A stretch of DNA of 64,000 bases, taken from the NCBI GenBank assembly GCA_950097015.1, contig CATNEN010000024.1:1674001-1738000 (forward strand). Reading direction: 5' to 3'. The notes below the pieces were generated by a model. That model saw only the letters and a program-made list of their open reading frames with translations, was not told the origin of the DNA and made no database searches. The stretch comes from Macrostomum hystrix (taxonomy: Eukaryota > Animalia > Platyhelminthes). The position numbers and the translations under genes are program-made. Numbering within the stretch: position 1 is the first letter of the stretch; each line of letters opens with the position of its first letter. Below, one piece after another: positions 38,004-47,660 of this stretch.

Positions 38004-39511
38004 GCAGGTGTACAGCCTGGCCGGAGACAAGGCCATCGGCAGGCTCATGGCCGAGTACAAGCGTCGCAAACTGGCGCACAGTCTGCCTCCGCCGGCTGCT
38101 CCGCCTGCGCACGCTAGGCAGCACGGCACCGCGTCAAATGCCTCATCCGCTTCATCTTCTGCATCTGCGGCTGCTGCTCTGTCCAGTAACATTTCCATGA
38201 ATTCAGACAGTCAGCAGCACCAACAGGTTGGTGTCTTATTACTAGCTTTATACATTGGTGCAAATTTGTTTCTCAATCGGCGTTTATTTAGGGTGTGTTT
38301 ATCAATCGGTGTTTATTTAGAGTGTGTTTCTCAATCGGTGTTTATTTAGAGTGTGTTTATCAATCGGCGTTTATTTAGAGTGTGTTTATCAATCAGCGTT
38401 TATTTAGGGTGTGTTTATCAATCGGTGTTTATTTAGAGTGTGTTTATCAATCGGTGTCTGTTTAGAGTGTGTTTATCAATCGGTTTTTAGGGTGTGTTTA
38501 TCAATCGGTGTTTATTCAGAGTGTGTTTATCAATCGGTGTTTATTTAGAGTGTGTTTATCAATCGGTGTTTATTTAGGGTATGTTTCTCAATCGGCGTTT
38601 ATTTAGAGTGTGTTTATCAATCGGTGTTTATTTAGAGTGTGTTTATCAATCGGTGTTTATTTAGAGTGTGTTTATCAATCGGTGTTTATTTAGAGTGTGT
38701 TTATCAATCGGTTTTTATTTAGGGTATGTTTCTCAATCGGCGTTTATTTAGAGTGTGTTTATCAATCGGTGTTTATTTAGAGTGTGTTGATCAATCGGTG
38801 TTTATTTAGAGTGTGTTGATCAATCGGTGTTTATTTAGAGTGTGTTGATCAATCGGTGTTTATTTTGAGTGTGTTTATCAATCGGTATTTTTAGAGTGTG
38901 TTTATCAATCGGTATTTTTAGGGTGTGTTTATCAATCGGTGTTTATTTAGAGTGTGTTTAGTAATCGGTGTTTATTTAGAGTGTGTTTATCTATCGGTGT
39001 TTATTTAAGGTGTGTTTCAATTTGTGTTTGTAAAGACACAACAATGGGCTGCAATGGACTGGCAGCTATCGTGAAGTAGGCAGCGGGTATTTGAAGCATC
39101 CCGTGATCTCCCCCCCCAGGGGAAAAATAGCGTGCTGTTTCTGCTGTTAAAATCTTCCCATGCCCAAACGAATCTGGCATTGCCAATCTCCGTCCCGCCA
39201 AGGTGCAGGCTGAGCAGGCCGCCTCCCTGTTGCGCGACTCGGACGCCCGGCTGGCCAGCCTGGCTGGAATGATTAGTCAGCTGCTGCGGCCTGTCCTGGC
39301 CATGCCTGACGAGGCCTTCTCGGCCTGCCTGCCCGCCATCGCCAGCCAGATGGCCCTGTTAATCGCTGGAGCCGAGGACCGGCCGCTGCGGGACCTGCTG
39401 GGACGGTACGCTGACAAGCTGGCCGCCTGTTTCAGCTTCGCGCCCAGCTGCTTGAATCCGACTGTGGTGGCGATGTCGGCGGCTATTGACGGTGACGAAG
39501 ATAAATCCTAA
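12048..39511 (+). CDS. ARFGEF3: ARFGEF3/BIG3 (brefeldin A-inhibited GEF 3), 11 coding exons: 12048-12482, 14386-14469, 18663-19418, 22099-22513, ~28196-28912, 31177-31961, 33501-34343, 35605-35896, 36504-36881, 37574-38226, 39203-39511
   Basis: All junctions are GT-AG and phase-consistent (0,0,0,1,1,0,0,1,1,0). Conserved BIG3 blocks: LRSACLEPMQLALES, LQ/VEVM, LWRRLCPCL, LLYPP, LNADAVY, DCWPHVLR, ADRLFDDA, ELCDADTQDQLICCVCELVE, GSGWRPVF, RLGCSCLR, FDQRPGLKFLLQK, YKRRK. The exon 5 acceptor could be 28196 or 28205; the exon 9 donor (GTGCTG) is weak. Confidence 0.88.
12549..12695. repeat. 16-bp minisatellite (GAGACTATGGAGAGAT)n, ARFGEF3 intron 1
   Basis: About 9 units. Confidence 0.9.
12770..14205. 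repeat. 16/19-bp purine-rich minisatellite (GAGGAAGGGGTGAGAT / GAGGAAGGGGTGAGAGGAG)n
   Basis: About 1.4 kb, nearly all purine on the + strand, with a GGGG run in each unit. Confidence 0.95.
14777..15180. repeat. 15-bp (CTGTCTCATCTCTCC)n grading into 16-bp (CTGTCTCATCT[C/A]CGCA)n
   Basis: Direct reading. Confidence 0.95.
15297..15473 (+). CDS. Candidate alternative or cassette exon of ARFGEF3 (177 nt, phase 0-0)
   Basis: GC-rich coding-like island between two satellites; acceptor tttccgaatcgctcag|TTA, donor cag|gttcga; encodes LCVSVYAASRNRLKDAINSVIVPLADKASRAMSVGGG...SQ. Confidence 0.4.
15645..18160. repeat. 25-bp minisatellite (AGAGAATCGCCCAAAGAATCGTCTT)n
   Basis: About 100 units with variant subunits. 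Confidence 0.95.
19550..20232. repeat. 20/24-bp minisatellite (AGAGCT[AGCT]TTCGGTTTCTGTTG)n
   Basis: Direct reading. Confidence 0.95.
20494..20926. repeat. 43-bp tandem repeat (CTTCGGGTCTTATGTAACAATGCCCACAGTCCACCTGCAAACA)n
   Basis: About 10 contiguous units with no spacers. Confidence 0.95.
21550..21603. repeat. (GACT)n microsatellite
   Basis: Direct reading. Confidence 0.95.
21610..21885 (+). mobile_element. SINE-like family 1, 5'-truncated copy ending in (TAT)n
   Basis: Reverse complement of 35236-35465 at high identity; ends ...gcagccctcctgcaaat(att)n; preceded by (GACT)n. Confidence 0.75.
22675..25950. repeat. 24-bp minisatellite (AATCCTAGTCTAATCCTTCTGTTT)n
   Basis: About 3.3 kb, roughly 135 units. 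Confidence 0.95.
26408..27325. repeat. 32-bp minisatellite (TAGATTCTAGAATATGCATTTCTAGGAAAGTG)n with internal dyad symmetry
   Basis: About 28 units, each containing TTCTAGAA and ATGCAT palindromes. Confidence 0.95.
27750..28085. repeat. 20-bp minisatellite (AGTTTCTGGTTGTTGTGGGG)n
   Basis: Direct reading. Confidence 0.9.
28935..29420. repeat. 22-bp minisatellite (GGGTGAGAATGGGGAAGCGACA)n
   Basis: Begins about 20 nt after the exon 5 donor. Confidence 0.95.
29721..31110. repeat. 29-bp minisatellite (CTTCACTGGCTGATAAGGATGTGTTCCTA)n
   Basis: About 48 units. Confidence 0.95.
32030..32640. repeat. 23-bp minisatellite (CCAGCAACTGCTCACTCACCATA)n
   Basis: About 26 units. Confidence 0.95.
32697..33289. 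repeat. 20-bp minisatellite (CATGGTTACATGGTTACTCT)n
   Basis: About 30 units in perfect phase with essentially one variable position. Confidence 0.95.
33290..33395. repeat. Diverged interspersed repeat fragment shared with 5383-5445 (same strand) and 11815-11850 (reverse)
   Basis: gaatcgttgaatatctcgacggtgccga...gttgtttcatcggata vs gaatggttgaatgtctcgccgatgccga...gttgtttcatcggata (about 9 mismatches in 62 nt); tgaaattttgtgagcagaa is reverse-complemented at about 11822-11840. Confidence 0.5.
34362..34715. repeat. ~37-bp minisatellite (CATGGGATAGATTAGCAATCCATTCTATTCCTTCACC)n
   Basis: About 9 units, degenerating at the 3' end; shares the TAGCAATCCA core with the 40.0 and 43.7 kb arrays. Confidence 0.9.
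35236..35505 (-). mobile_element. SINE-like family 1, copy in ARFGEF3 intron 7
   Basis: Same body as the 4.3 kb and 21.7 kb copies, with an aataatataatgataataat tail on the + strand. Confidence 0.75.
35942..36430. repeat. 28-bp minisatellite (GGGAATCCGATATAGGATAAAGACTGTT)n
   Basis: Direct reading. Confidence 0.9.
36928..37550. repeat. 12-bp minisatellite (AAACACAACAGC)n in ARFGEF3 intron 9
   Basis: About 52 units, with variant AAATACAACAGT. Confidence 0.95.
37950..38008 (+). repeat. Coding (CAG)n polyglutamine tract in ARFGEF3 exon 10
   Basis: QQQQQQQQQQQKQQQQQQQ. Confidence 0.9.
38268..39015. repeat. 29-bp minisatellite (AATCGGTGTTTATTTAGAGTGTGTTTATC)n
   Basis: About 25 units. Confidence 0.95.
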
Positions 39512-39603
39512 AAAGGGCCGTTTTTGGGTGTCAACAACTCGTCAGTTTCTATTGATTTCCATTGAAAAGTTTAATTCTTCATAGTTTTTTCTTTGAGCTC
39601 TGA

Positions 39604-39693
39604 GGTCGAGAGTTCGAAACTTGGCCCTAAAAAAATCTTGTTATTTAGCGAGAAACTTAATTGCCCAGTAGTGCTTCAGTTCACCCAACTGTA
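39604..39693 (+). mobile_element. SINE-like family 2 fragment (tRNA B-box plus CORE-like motif)
   Basis: ggtcgagagttcgaa followed by gagaaacttaa...gcttcagttcacccaactgt, similar to the invertebrate CORE-type motif cagtccacccagctgtaaatgggtacc as recalled. Confidence 0.5.
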
Positions 39694-39711
39694 CCTAGAT
39701 AGATATTACAC

Positions 39712-39838
39712 CTACCCCATTTGATGCTGGTACCCATGTTAAAACAGCAGGATGGACTGAATCAATGAGGGCTTTAAGCTTGAGATTCGAACTCTCGACC
39801 CTTTGTCATAACTCCGAAGCTCTAACGATTGGGCTACA
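39712..39838 (-). mobile_element. SINE-like family 2 copy (tRNA head plus CORE-like motif)
   Basis: Minus strand reads GTAGCCCAATCGTTAGAGC (A box) ... GGTCGAGAGTTCGAATC (B box) ... cattgattcagtccatcctgctgttttaacatgggtaccagcatc. Confidence 0.6.
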
Positions 39839-40019
39839 AACAGCCAAATGGGTGCAATAAAAATACTATCAACGCATTCATGAGCCACAATTGTATTTCT
39901 ACTACTCTAGCATTAGCTGGTGTAGAAATGTTGAGTTTGTATGACAAACGCGCCTCCAGTCCATGGACTAGACTATTAGCTGTACGTGCAGCAACCAAAG
40001 CAAACACTGTATTTGTTTG

Positions 40020-40445
40020 CTAGCAATCCATCACGGCATAGGCTAGCAATCCATAACAGCATAGGCTATCAATCCATCACAGTATAGGCTAGCAATCCAG
40101 CACAGTATAGGCTAGCAATCCATCACAGCATAGGCGACTAGCAATCCATAACAGCATAGGCTAGCAATCCATCACAGTATAGGCTAGCAATCCATAACAG
40201 CATAGGCTAGCAATCCATCACAGTATAGGCTAGCAATCCATAACAGCATAGGCTAGCAATCCATCACAGCATAGGCTAGCAATCCATCACAGTATAGGCT
40301 AGCAATCCATCACAGCATAGGCTAGCAATCCATAACAGCATACGCTAGCAATCCATAACAGCATAGGCTAGCAATCCATCACAGCATAGGCTAGCAATCC
40401 ATCACAGTATAGGCCAGCAATCCATCACTGTATAGTCTAGCAGTC
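40020..40445. repeat. 23-bp minisatellite (ATAGGCTAGCAATCCATCACAGC)n
   Basis: Same family as 43668-44476. Confidence 0.95.
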
Positions 40446-40956
40446 CATAATCCAAATCATCCAGAAAATATAGGCCGTTGGATAATGTGTGATTTGTGTC
40501 TCTCTGTCCATCTGGATTTCACATGATTTACAGATAATGGTATTAAAAGTATTATTATTATGTAGATTAGTTATCGGAACCAGCCTAGTCCGCAGTCACA
40601 ATCTGTTTATGGTGTAGTTGCACCAAATATCCTTTTAGCATAATCCACTACAGTGTCATCATGCACTCTTGTGTTTTTGTTTAACATGCCAGACATTTTC
40701 AACTTGCAAGCGATCTAAATTAAGATTTCTTCAATGATTTTTTGTTTTCTCTTTAACAAAGTACAAACTACTTCGATCGCTTCTTTTTATTGTTGAGTTT
40801 TATTTCATTTCCACTCTGTACACAGCTGTTGTCGAGCTTTTTAAGTTCCTCTTAAAATGGAATTAATCTCAAAATTACTTTGTTGTTTGGTGTGGAAATT
40901 CAATGAAAGTTTCTCATATGTTACACTACCAAATTTATGAGTTAAATTGTGAGTCT

Positions 40957-41243
40957 CACTGAGATCTATGGACTGATTTGTGAGTCTCACTGAGATCTAT
41001 GGACTGATTTGTGAGTCTCACTGAGATCTATGGACTGATTTGTGAGGCTCACTGAGATCTATGGACTGATTTGTGAGACTCACTGAGATCTATGGACTGA
41101 TTTGTGAGTCTCACTGAGATCTATGGACTGATTTGTGAGTCTCACTGAGATCTATGGACTGATTTGTGAGTCTCACTGAGATCTATGGACTGATTTGTGA
41201 GACTCACTGAGATCTATGGACTGATTTGTGAGGCTCACTGAGA
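40957..41243. repeat. 31-bp minisatellite (GATTTGTGAGTCTCACTGAGATCTATGGACT)n
   Basis: About 9 units with an internal GTGAG-T-CTCAC dyad. Confidence 0.95.
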
Positions 41244-42131
41244 ATTTTTCGACCCCCAGAAGACTCTATACCAAGTTAGGGGGTTCGCTGCTAGTCTATG
41301 AACAGTTTTTTTAACTTGCAATCGCAAATTACATCATTTCTGAGATATTTTTAATACTGTAAAATCAATAACTGATATTTATTTATTAATTAAATATTAA
41401 AAGCTTTTAGCCTTGCTGACTGGCCGTTCAGCGTTATTGTCAATGTTTTAGCTACTTTGTTGATGCATTTTATCCGTGTGTGTTCGCCGTCTTCTTAAAG
41501 TGAAAATTTCCAATTATAAACTTTATTCTATTCCATATTATCGTCTGGTGTACGTTTCCTATCTACAAGCTAAACAGGTTCTGTACCGTACAATCCTCAG
41601 AATATTTTTTCTTGTTATTTATGTCGGTGTTTTGACCTCGTTTTTCCTAATTTAATTATTTGTGAAATTATTACTATTGAAGATACTCCGCCATCTCATC
41701 CAAAATTAAACAAATAAATTAGAAATATACTCGTATATGTAACTATATATCACAACAAGTTGCATTACTGACTTCCCTGTGTGTGCAGTACTGTCTACCA
41801 ACTATTCTGAGTTAACAATTTCGTTATATTGTTATTTTCTCTGCATTTTTAACGCTGATCTTACACGCATTGATATTCAAGAAAATGCAAAAAAAGTTAA
41901 TTATGACCTGTACTATAGCTTTCTTGCTGTCGCACTTAAAATGTATCCTTTCTGTATCCTATCCTCAGTTTCCACTAATGATCACGATCCTTAGCTCAGG
42001 AAGGCATCGGGTTCACTGTGAATGATTGAAGAAATCTAATTAAAGCGAATTTCTAGTTTTTTTATTAACTGCAGAGCATCTGACAGCTGAGGCCAGATCT
42101 TGAGATGGGGTGGGGTGGGTACCAGGGACCA

Positions 42132-42528
42132 GTCCCGGTTGATGATTCGAAAAATGGGTTTATTTTTTGTTTCAAATATTCAAAATCCCGCAATGAAGTG
42201 TAGCCTATGCACTAGTGCGTCGGTCGGTTGTGATCCTCCAACATTTTCTGCTTTCCATTGGCGTAGATTTTATAATGCTTCGCAAATTATTGCCTGATTG
42301 AGTGCATTATTACAAACGATGATAAAAAAGGAAAATGACAATCAACTACTGGACTGCAAAGCTAGTGTAGAAATTTCTCAATTAAGAATAGCAAACATTT
42401 AGACATTATGCTAAAAACCGATGTAGTGCAATATTGAGGAGTGAGGGGCCATTGTTCTGTGATTGAATCGAAAATGCAATTGCGTGTCATGACAGGGTAG
42501 CTATGCATAGGCTAGCAATCCATCACAG
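42132..42528. repeat. Duplicated unique block A1 (second copy A2 at 43290-43685)
   Basis: About 395 bp, near-identical direct repeat starting tcccggttgatgattcg, with only a handful of differences. Confidence 0.9.
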
Positions 42529-43290
42529 TGGACAACGAAGGGAGATGGACAAAAGTGCCTGTTGGCTGGCTGAAAAAGAGAGTCAGAAAAACAACTAGAA
42601 TGAGTGTCAGAGAGTCAGAGTGTCAGAGGGAGAGTCAGAGTGTCAGAGGGAGAGTTAAAGTGTCAGAGGGAGAGTCAGAGTGTCAGAGGGAGAGCCAGAG
42701 TGTCAGAGGGAGAGTCAGAGTGTCAGAGGGAGAGTCAGAGTGTCAGAGGGAGAGTTAGAGTGTCAGAGGGAGAGTCAGAGTGTCAGAGGGAGAGTCAGAG
42801 TGTCAGAGGGAGAGTCAGAGTGTCAGAGGGAGAGCCAGAGTGTCAGAGGGAGAGTCAGAGTGTCAGAGGGAGAGCCAGAGTGTCAGAGGGAGAGTCAGAG
42901 TGTCAGAGGGAGAGTCAGAGTGTCAGAGGGAGAGTTAGAGTGTCAGAGGGAGAGTCAGAGTGTCAGAGGGAGAGTCAGAGTGTCAAGGGAGAGTCAGAGT
43001 GTCAGAGGGAGAGTCCAGAGTGTCAGAGGGAGAGTCAGAGTGTCAGAGGGAGAGTCAGAGTGTCAGAGGGAGAGTCAGAGTGTCAGAGGGAGAGTCAGAG
43101 TGTCAGAGGGAGAGTCAGAGTGTCAGAGGGAGAGTCAGAGTGTCAGAGGGAGAGTCAGAGTGTCACAGGGAGAGCCAGAGTGTCAGAGGGAGAGTCAGAG
43201 TGTCAGAGGGAGAGTCAGAGTGTCAGAGGTAGTGTCAGAGTGTCAGAGGGAGAGTTAGAGTGTCAGAGTGTCAGAGGGAGAGTCAGAGTG
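42529..43290. repeat. Block B1: ~70-bp unique leader plus 20-bp (AGTCAGAGTGTCAGAGGGAG)n array
   Basis: The same leader and array recur at 46931-47660. Confidence 0.95.
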
Positions 43291-43667
43291 TCCCGGTTGA
43301 TGATTCGAAAAATGGGTTTATTTTTTGTTTCAAATATTCAAAATCCCGCAATGAAGTGTAGCCTATGCACTAGTGCGTCGGTCGGTTGTGATCCTCCAAC
43401 ATTTTCTGCTTTCCATTGGCGTAGATTTTATAATGCTTCGCAAATTATTGCTGATTGAGTGCATTATTACAAACGATAATAAAAAAGGAAAATGACAATC
43501 AACTACTGGACTGCAAAGCTAGTGTAGAAATTTCTCAATTAAGAATAGAAAGCAGACATTTAGACATTATGCTAAAAACCGATGTAGTGCAATGTTGAGG
43601 AGTGAGGGGCCATTGTTCTGTGATTGAATCGAAAATGCAATTGCGTGTCATGACAGGGTAGCTATGC

Positions 43668-44476
43668 ATAGGCTAGCAATCCATTACGGCATAGGCTAGC
43701 AATCCATCACAGGCTACGCTAGCAATCCATCACAGCATAGGCTAGCAATCCATCACAGGCTAGGCTAGCAATCCATCACAGGCTAGGCTAGCAATCCATC
43801 ACAGGCTAGGCTAGCAATCCATCACAGGCTAGGCTAGCAATCCATCACAGGCTAGGCTAGCAATCCATCACAGGCTAGGCTAGCAATTCATCACAGCATA
43901 GGCTAGCAATCATCACAGGCTAGGCTAGCAATCCATCACAGGCTAGGCTAGCAATTCATCACAGCATAGGCTAGCAATCATCACAGGCTAGGCTAGCAAT
44001 CCATCACAGCATAGGCTAGCAATCATCACAGGCTAGGCTAGCAATCCATCACAGCATAGGCTAGCAATCATCACAGGCTAGGCTAGCAATCCATCACAGC
44101 ATAGGCTAGCAATCATCACAGGCTAGGCTAGCAATCCATCACAGGCTAGGCTAGCAATCCATCACAGGCTAGGCTAGCAATCCATCACAGGCTAGGCTAG
44201 CAATCCATCACAGGCTAGGCTAGCAATTCATCACAGCATAGGCTAGCAATCATCACAGGCTAGGCTAGCAATCCATCACAGGCTAGGCTAGCAATTCATC
44301 ACAGCATAGGCTAGCAATCATCACAGGCTAGGCTAGCAATCCATCACAGCATAGGCTAGCAATCATCACAGGCTAGGCTAGCAATCCATCACAGCATAGG
44401 CTAGCAATCATCACAGGCTAGGCTAGCAATCCATCACAGCATAGGCTAGCAATCATCACAGGCTAGGCTAGCAATC
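43668..44476. repeat. 22-23-bp minisatellite (TAGGCTAGCAATCCATCACAGGC)n abutting the GPCR stop codon
   Basis: Direct reading. Confidence 0.95.
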
Positions 44477-44485
44477 CAGCAAGTC

Positions 44486-45718
44486 TTAGGCGAATCGCAG
44501 CAGGCGTTTCAGCCGAGCCCGGTAGGTGGAGTCGGAGGCCAGCAGGAAGGCCGGATTGGCAGCCGCATTGGCCATGGCCAGCCACACGAAAACCTGGTAG
44601 ACATCCTTGATGGCAGACGAAGCCTTTGCCCCGATAGCGTCCGGACCAGCCAGCAGTACGCAGATGTCGATGGTCATGTTGCACAGGTGAATTGGCGACC
44701 AGGACAGGCCAAACATCAGCACCAGCACCACCGACTGGCGAAACACCCGCTGCGACTTCGCCAGGCTGTTGTCTGTGGCGGCGCACTGTTGGCGCCGCTG
44801 GCGAAGGCTTCGGTCACGGCTGCGACGCCGAGTTCGCAGGCTCAGCCGGCTGCGCCCATCGGCTTCGTCTGGTGGCCCGTTGACGGCGCAGTCCATGAGG
44901 CGGCGGGCGGAGCCGGCGAGGAGGCGGCAGATGCGGAAGTAGGCGAACCCGATGACACTCAGCGGGCCAAGCAGTAGTGCCACCACGGCGAATGCCGAGT
45001 AGGCCACTCGGGCGGTCAGCTCGCGGTCACGACTCGGCCGGATGCCAAACAGGTCGAGGGTTCGATTCCAGCTCTCGGCGCAGCTGGCGCAGTCGGGCGC
45101 GAGGCCGTCGGGCAGCAGACTGAGGTTGGCCGGCTGTTCGAAGCAAGGCACCAGGCTGTGATTCACCGCGCCTGGAGAGGCCGACAGGCAGGACAGGCCC
45201 CAGACAGCTACGAGGAGGCCGGCGCAGCCGCGGGTGACGCCGGCCGGACCGCGTGCAGGCGGATCGGCCAGCCGCCAAAGCTGGCAGGCGACTCCCCGGT
45301 AGCGGCAGGCGCTGAGGGCGGCCAGGGTGAATACGGAGGCGAACATCAGGGCCACGCTGAGAAAGTGCGAAGCGGAGCAGGCGGCGCCGCCGAGGCCCCA
45401 GCGGAATTCGGCGAACGCGTAGCCGGTGGCCGGGATGACCAGGACGCTGATGGCCAGGTCGCAGACGCAGAGGTTCAGCAGGAGCCACTTCACCGGACTG
45501 GCCTTGCTGGTGAGGATGGCATAGACCAGCAGAGCATTGCCCAGGGTGGCCACAATGCCCACCAGCACCAGCAGGGCCAGCATGGCTCGGTCGAAGGCCC
45601 GGCTGTAGCCGAAGGTCAGCAGCGGCAGGCTGTCCTCGACATCGACAACCGTGGCATTGAAGCCAAGGAAGGTTGGATCGGTGCCAACTGACGAGGAGGT
45701 TGCCCGGACAGGCTCCAT
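44486..45718 (-). CDS. Intronless rhodopsin-like peptide GPCR (galanin/allatostatin or bombesin/CCHamide-like), 410 aa
   Basis: ATG-TAA ORF with seven hydrophobic segments: GNALL (TM1), LLNLCVCD (TM2), WGLGGAAC, SVFTLAALSACRY (DRY changed to CRY), FGLSWSPIH (TM6), ANAAANP (TM7). The subfamily cannot be resolved by eye. Confidence 0.85.
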   Translation of the reverse strand: MEPVRATSSSVGTDPTFLGFNATVVDVEDSLPLLTFGYSRAFDRAMLALLVLVGIVATLGNALLVYAILTSKASPVKWLLLNLCVCDLAISVLVIPATGYAFAEFRWGLGGAACSASHFLSVALMFASVFTLAALSACRYRGVACQLWRLADPPARGPAGVTRGCAGLLVAVWGLSCLSASPGAVNHSLVPCFEQPANLSLLPDGLAPDCASCAESWNRTLDLFGIRPSRDRELTARVAYSAFAVVALLLGPLSVIGFAYFRICRLLAGSARRLMDCAVNGPPDEADGRSRLSLRTRRRSRDRSLRQRRQQCAATDNSLAKSQRVFRQSVVLVLMFGLSWSPIHLCNMTIDICVLLAGPDAIGAKASSAIKDVYQVFVWLAMANAAANPAFLLASDSTYRARLKRLLRFA

Positions 45719-45984
45719 TGCAGGTTGAGTTTAGGTTAAGCAGCACGTGAGCACATGACGACCGAGTAGAGCATTTTATAAGCTCACTCAGGTCCCTCAC
45801 CAGCCAATGGCAGTTGAGGAAGCCAACCGAACCCACTGCACGCGATGCGAGGCCGGGGAGAGTCAGAGAGGATCAGTTGGTGCGCACAGCCAGTGCAACT
45901 CGACAATGCACGACCCACCCCGGCTAATGAGATCTATTTGGTCTCAGTGGCGAGTTGAAAGAACTGACCTGATACCTGACTAAT

Positions 45985-46380
45985 GAACTGAGGCTAATAG
46001 CTGACTAATGAACTGAGGCTAATAGCTGACTAATGAACTGGCCTAATAGCTGACTAATGAACTGGCCTAATAGCTGACTAATGAACTGGCCTAATAGCTG
46101 ACTAATGAACTGGCCTAATAGCTGACTAATGAACTGGCCTAATAGCTGACTAATGAACTGAGGCTAATAGCTGACTAATGAACTGGCCTAATACCTGACT
46201 AATGAACTGAGGCTAATAGCTGACTAATGAACTGGCCTAATAGCTGACTAATGAACTGGCCTAATAGCTGACTAATGAACTGAGGCTAATAGTTGACTAA
46301 TGAACTGGCCTAATAGCTGACTACTGAACTGGCCTAATAGCTGACTAATTAACTGGCCTAATAGCTGACTAATGAACTGG
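45985..46380. repeat. 24-bp minisatellite (GACTAATGAACTGGCCTAATAGCT)n
   Basis: About 16 units. Confidence 0.95.
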
Positions 46381-46930
46381 AGAAGCTGTATGTGCAGGTT
46401 AATTACTCTCGTAGACTGTCAAAATGCCTCTCTAAAGGACCGACTAAGTAAATACCCAAAATCTAATTTGAGGGCATCAGCTGAACAGACTACTCACGTG
46501 TGTGACAGTGAGAGTAGAAATACATGAAAGAAAATTTAGCAAAGTAAATAAGTATAATTCAGTTTCTGACACACGAGATTCAGTTTTGCCAACAGCTGTA
46601 CTGAGAGTATATATTTCAGCAGTCGTGGCAGGGTGCATTGCAGATGAGTCGGGTGTCGGGTTGCAAGACTGCTTCTAGAAGATCTTAAAACTCATGCAAT
46701 CGCCCTGCCCGAGCGTGGCGTGACAGCGAATTGCGAGGCCGATGCTAAAATTAAATAAGCATAAATAATAAGCGACAGTGCAGACTAAATGCCTGAGCAG
46801 TTTGAGTAGCACGCAAAGGCATGTATGAATATATGTTAATAATATGCTTATATCAGTGTATATATTTATTTTTATAAAGATTTTGATTTGTATTGGCCAA
46901 CCAAATTACAATGAAGTTGCTGGCGAACAG

Positions 46931-47660
46931 TGGACAACGAAGGGAGATGGAAAAAAGTGCCTGTTGTCTGGCTGAAAAAGAGAGTCAGAAAAACAACTAG
47001 AATGAGTGTCAGAGGGAGAGTCAGAGTGTCAGAGGGAGAGTCAGAGTGTCAGAGGGAGAGCCAGAGTGTCAGAGGGAGAGTCAGAGTGTCAGAAGGAGAG
47101 TCAGAGTGTCAGAGGGAGAGTCAGAGTGTCAGAGGGAGAGCCAGAGTGCCAGAGGGAGAGTCAGAGTGTCAGAGGGAGAGCCAGAGTGTCAGAGGGAGAG
47201 TCAGAGTGTCAGAGGGAGAGCCAGAGTGTCAGAGGGAGAGTCAGAGTGTCAGAGGGAGAGTCAGAGTGTCAGAGGGAGAGTCAGAGTGTCAGAGGGAGAG
47301 TTAGAGTGTCAGAGTGGCAGAGGTGTCAGAGTGTCAGGGGAATGGTCAGAGTGTCAGAGGGAGAGTTAGAGTGTCAGAGGGAGAGTCAGAGTGTCAGAGA
47401 GAGAGTCAGAGTGTCAGAGGGAGAGTTAGAGTGTCAGAGTGTCAGAGGGAGAGTCAGAGTGTCAGAGGGAGAGTCAGAGTGGCAGAGGGGTGTCAGAGGG
47501 AGAGTCAGAGTGTCAGAGTGTCAGAGGGAGAGTCAGAGTGTCAGAGGGAGAGTCAGAGTGTCAGAGTGGCAGAGGGGGTGTCAGAGTGTCAGAGGGAGAG
47601 TTAGAGTGTCAGAGTGGCAGAGGGGGTGTGAGAGTGTCAGGGGAATGGTCAGAGTGTCAG
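46931..47660. repeat. Block B2: leader plus 20-bp AGTCAGAGTGTCAGAGGGAG array
   Basis: Direct-repeat counterpart of 42529-43290. Confidence 0.95.

Noticed and set aside
45027-45836. Overlapping alternative-frame and antisense ORFs in GC-rich exons (also at 33520-34476, 19037-19496 and 31173-31907)
   Set aside because: These are expected shadow ORFs of GC-rich coding DNA, with no recognisable motifs.
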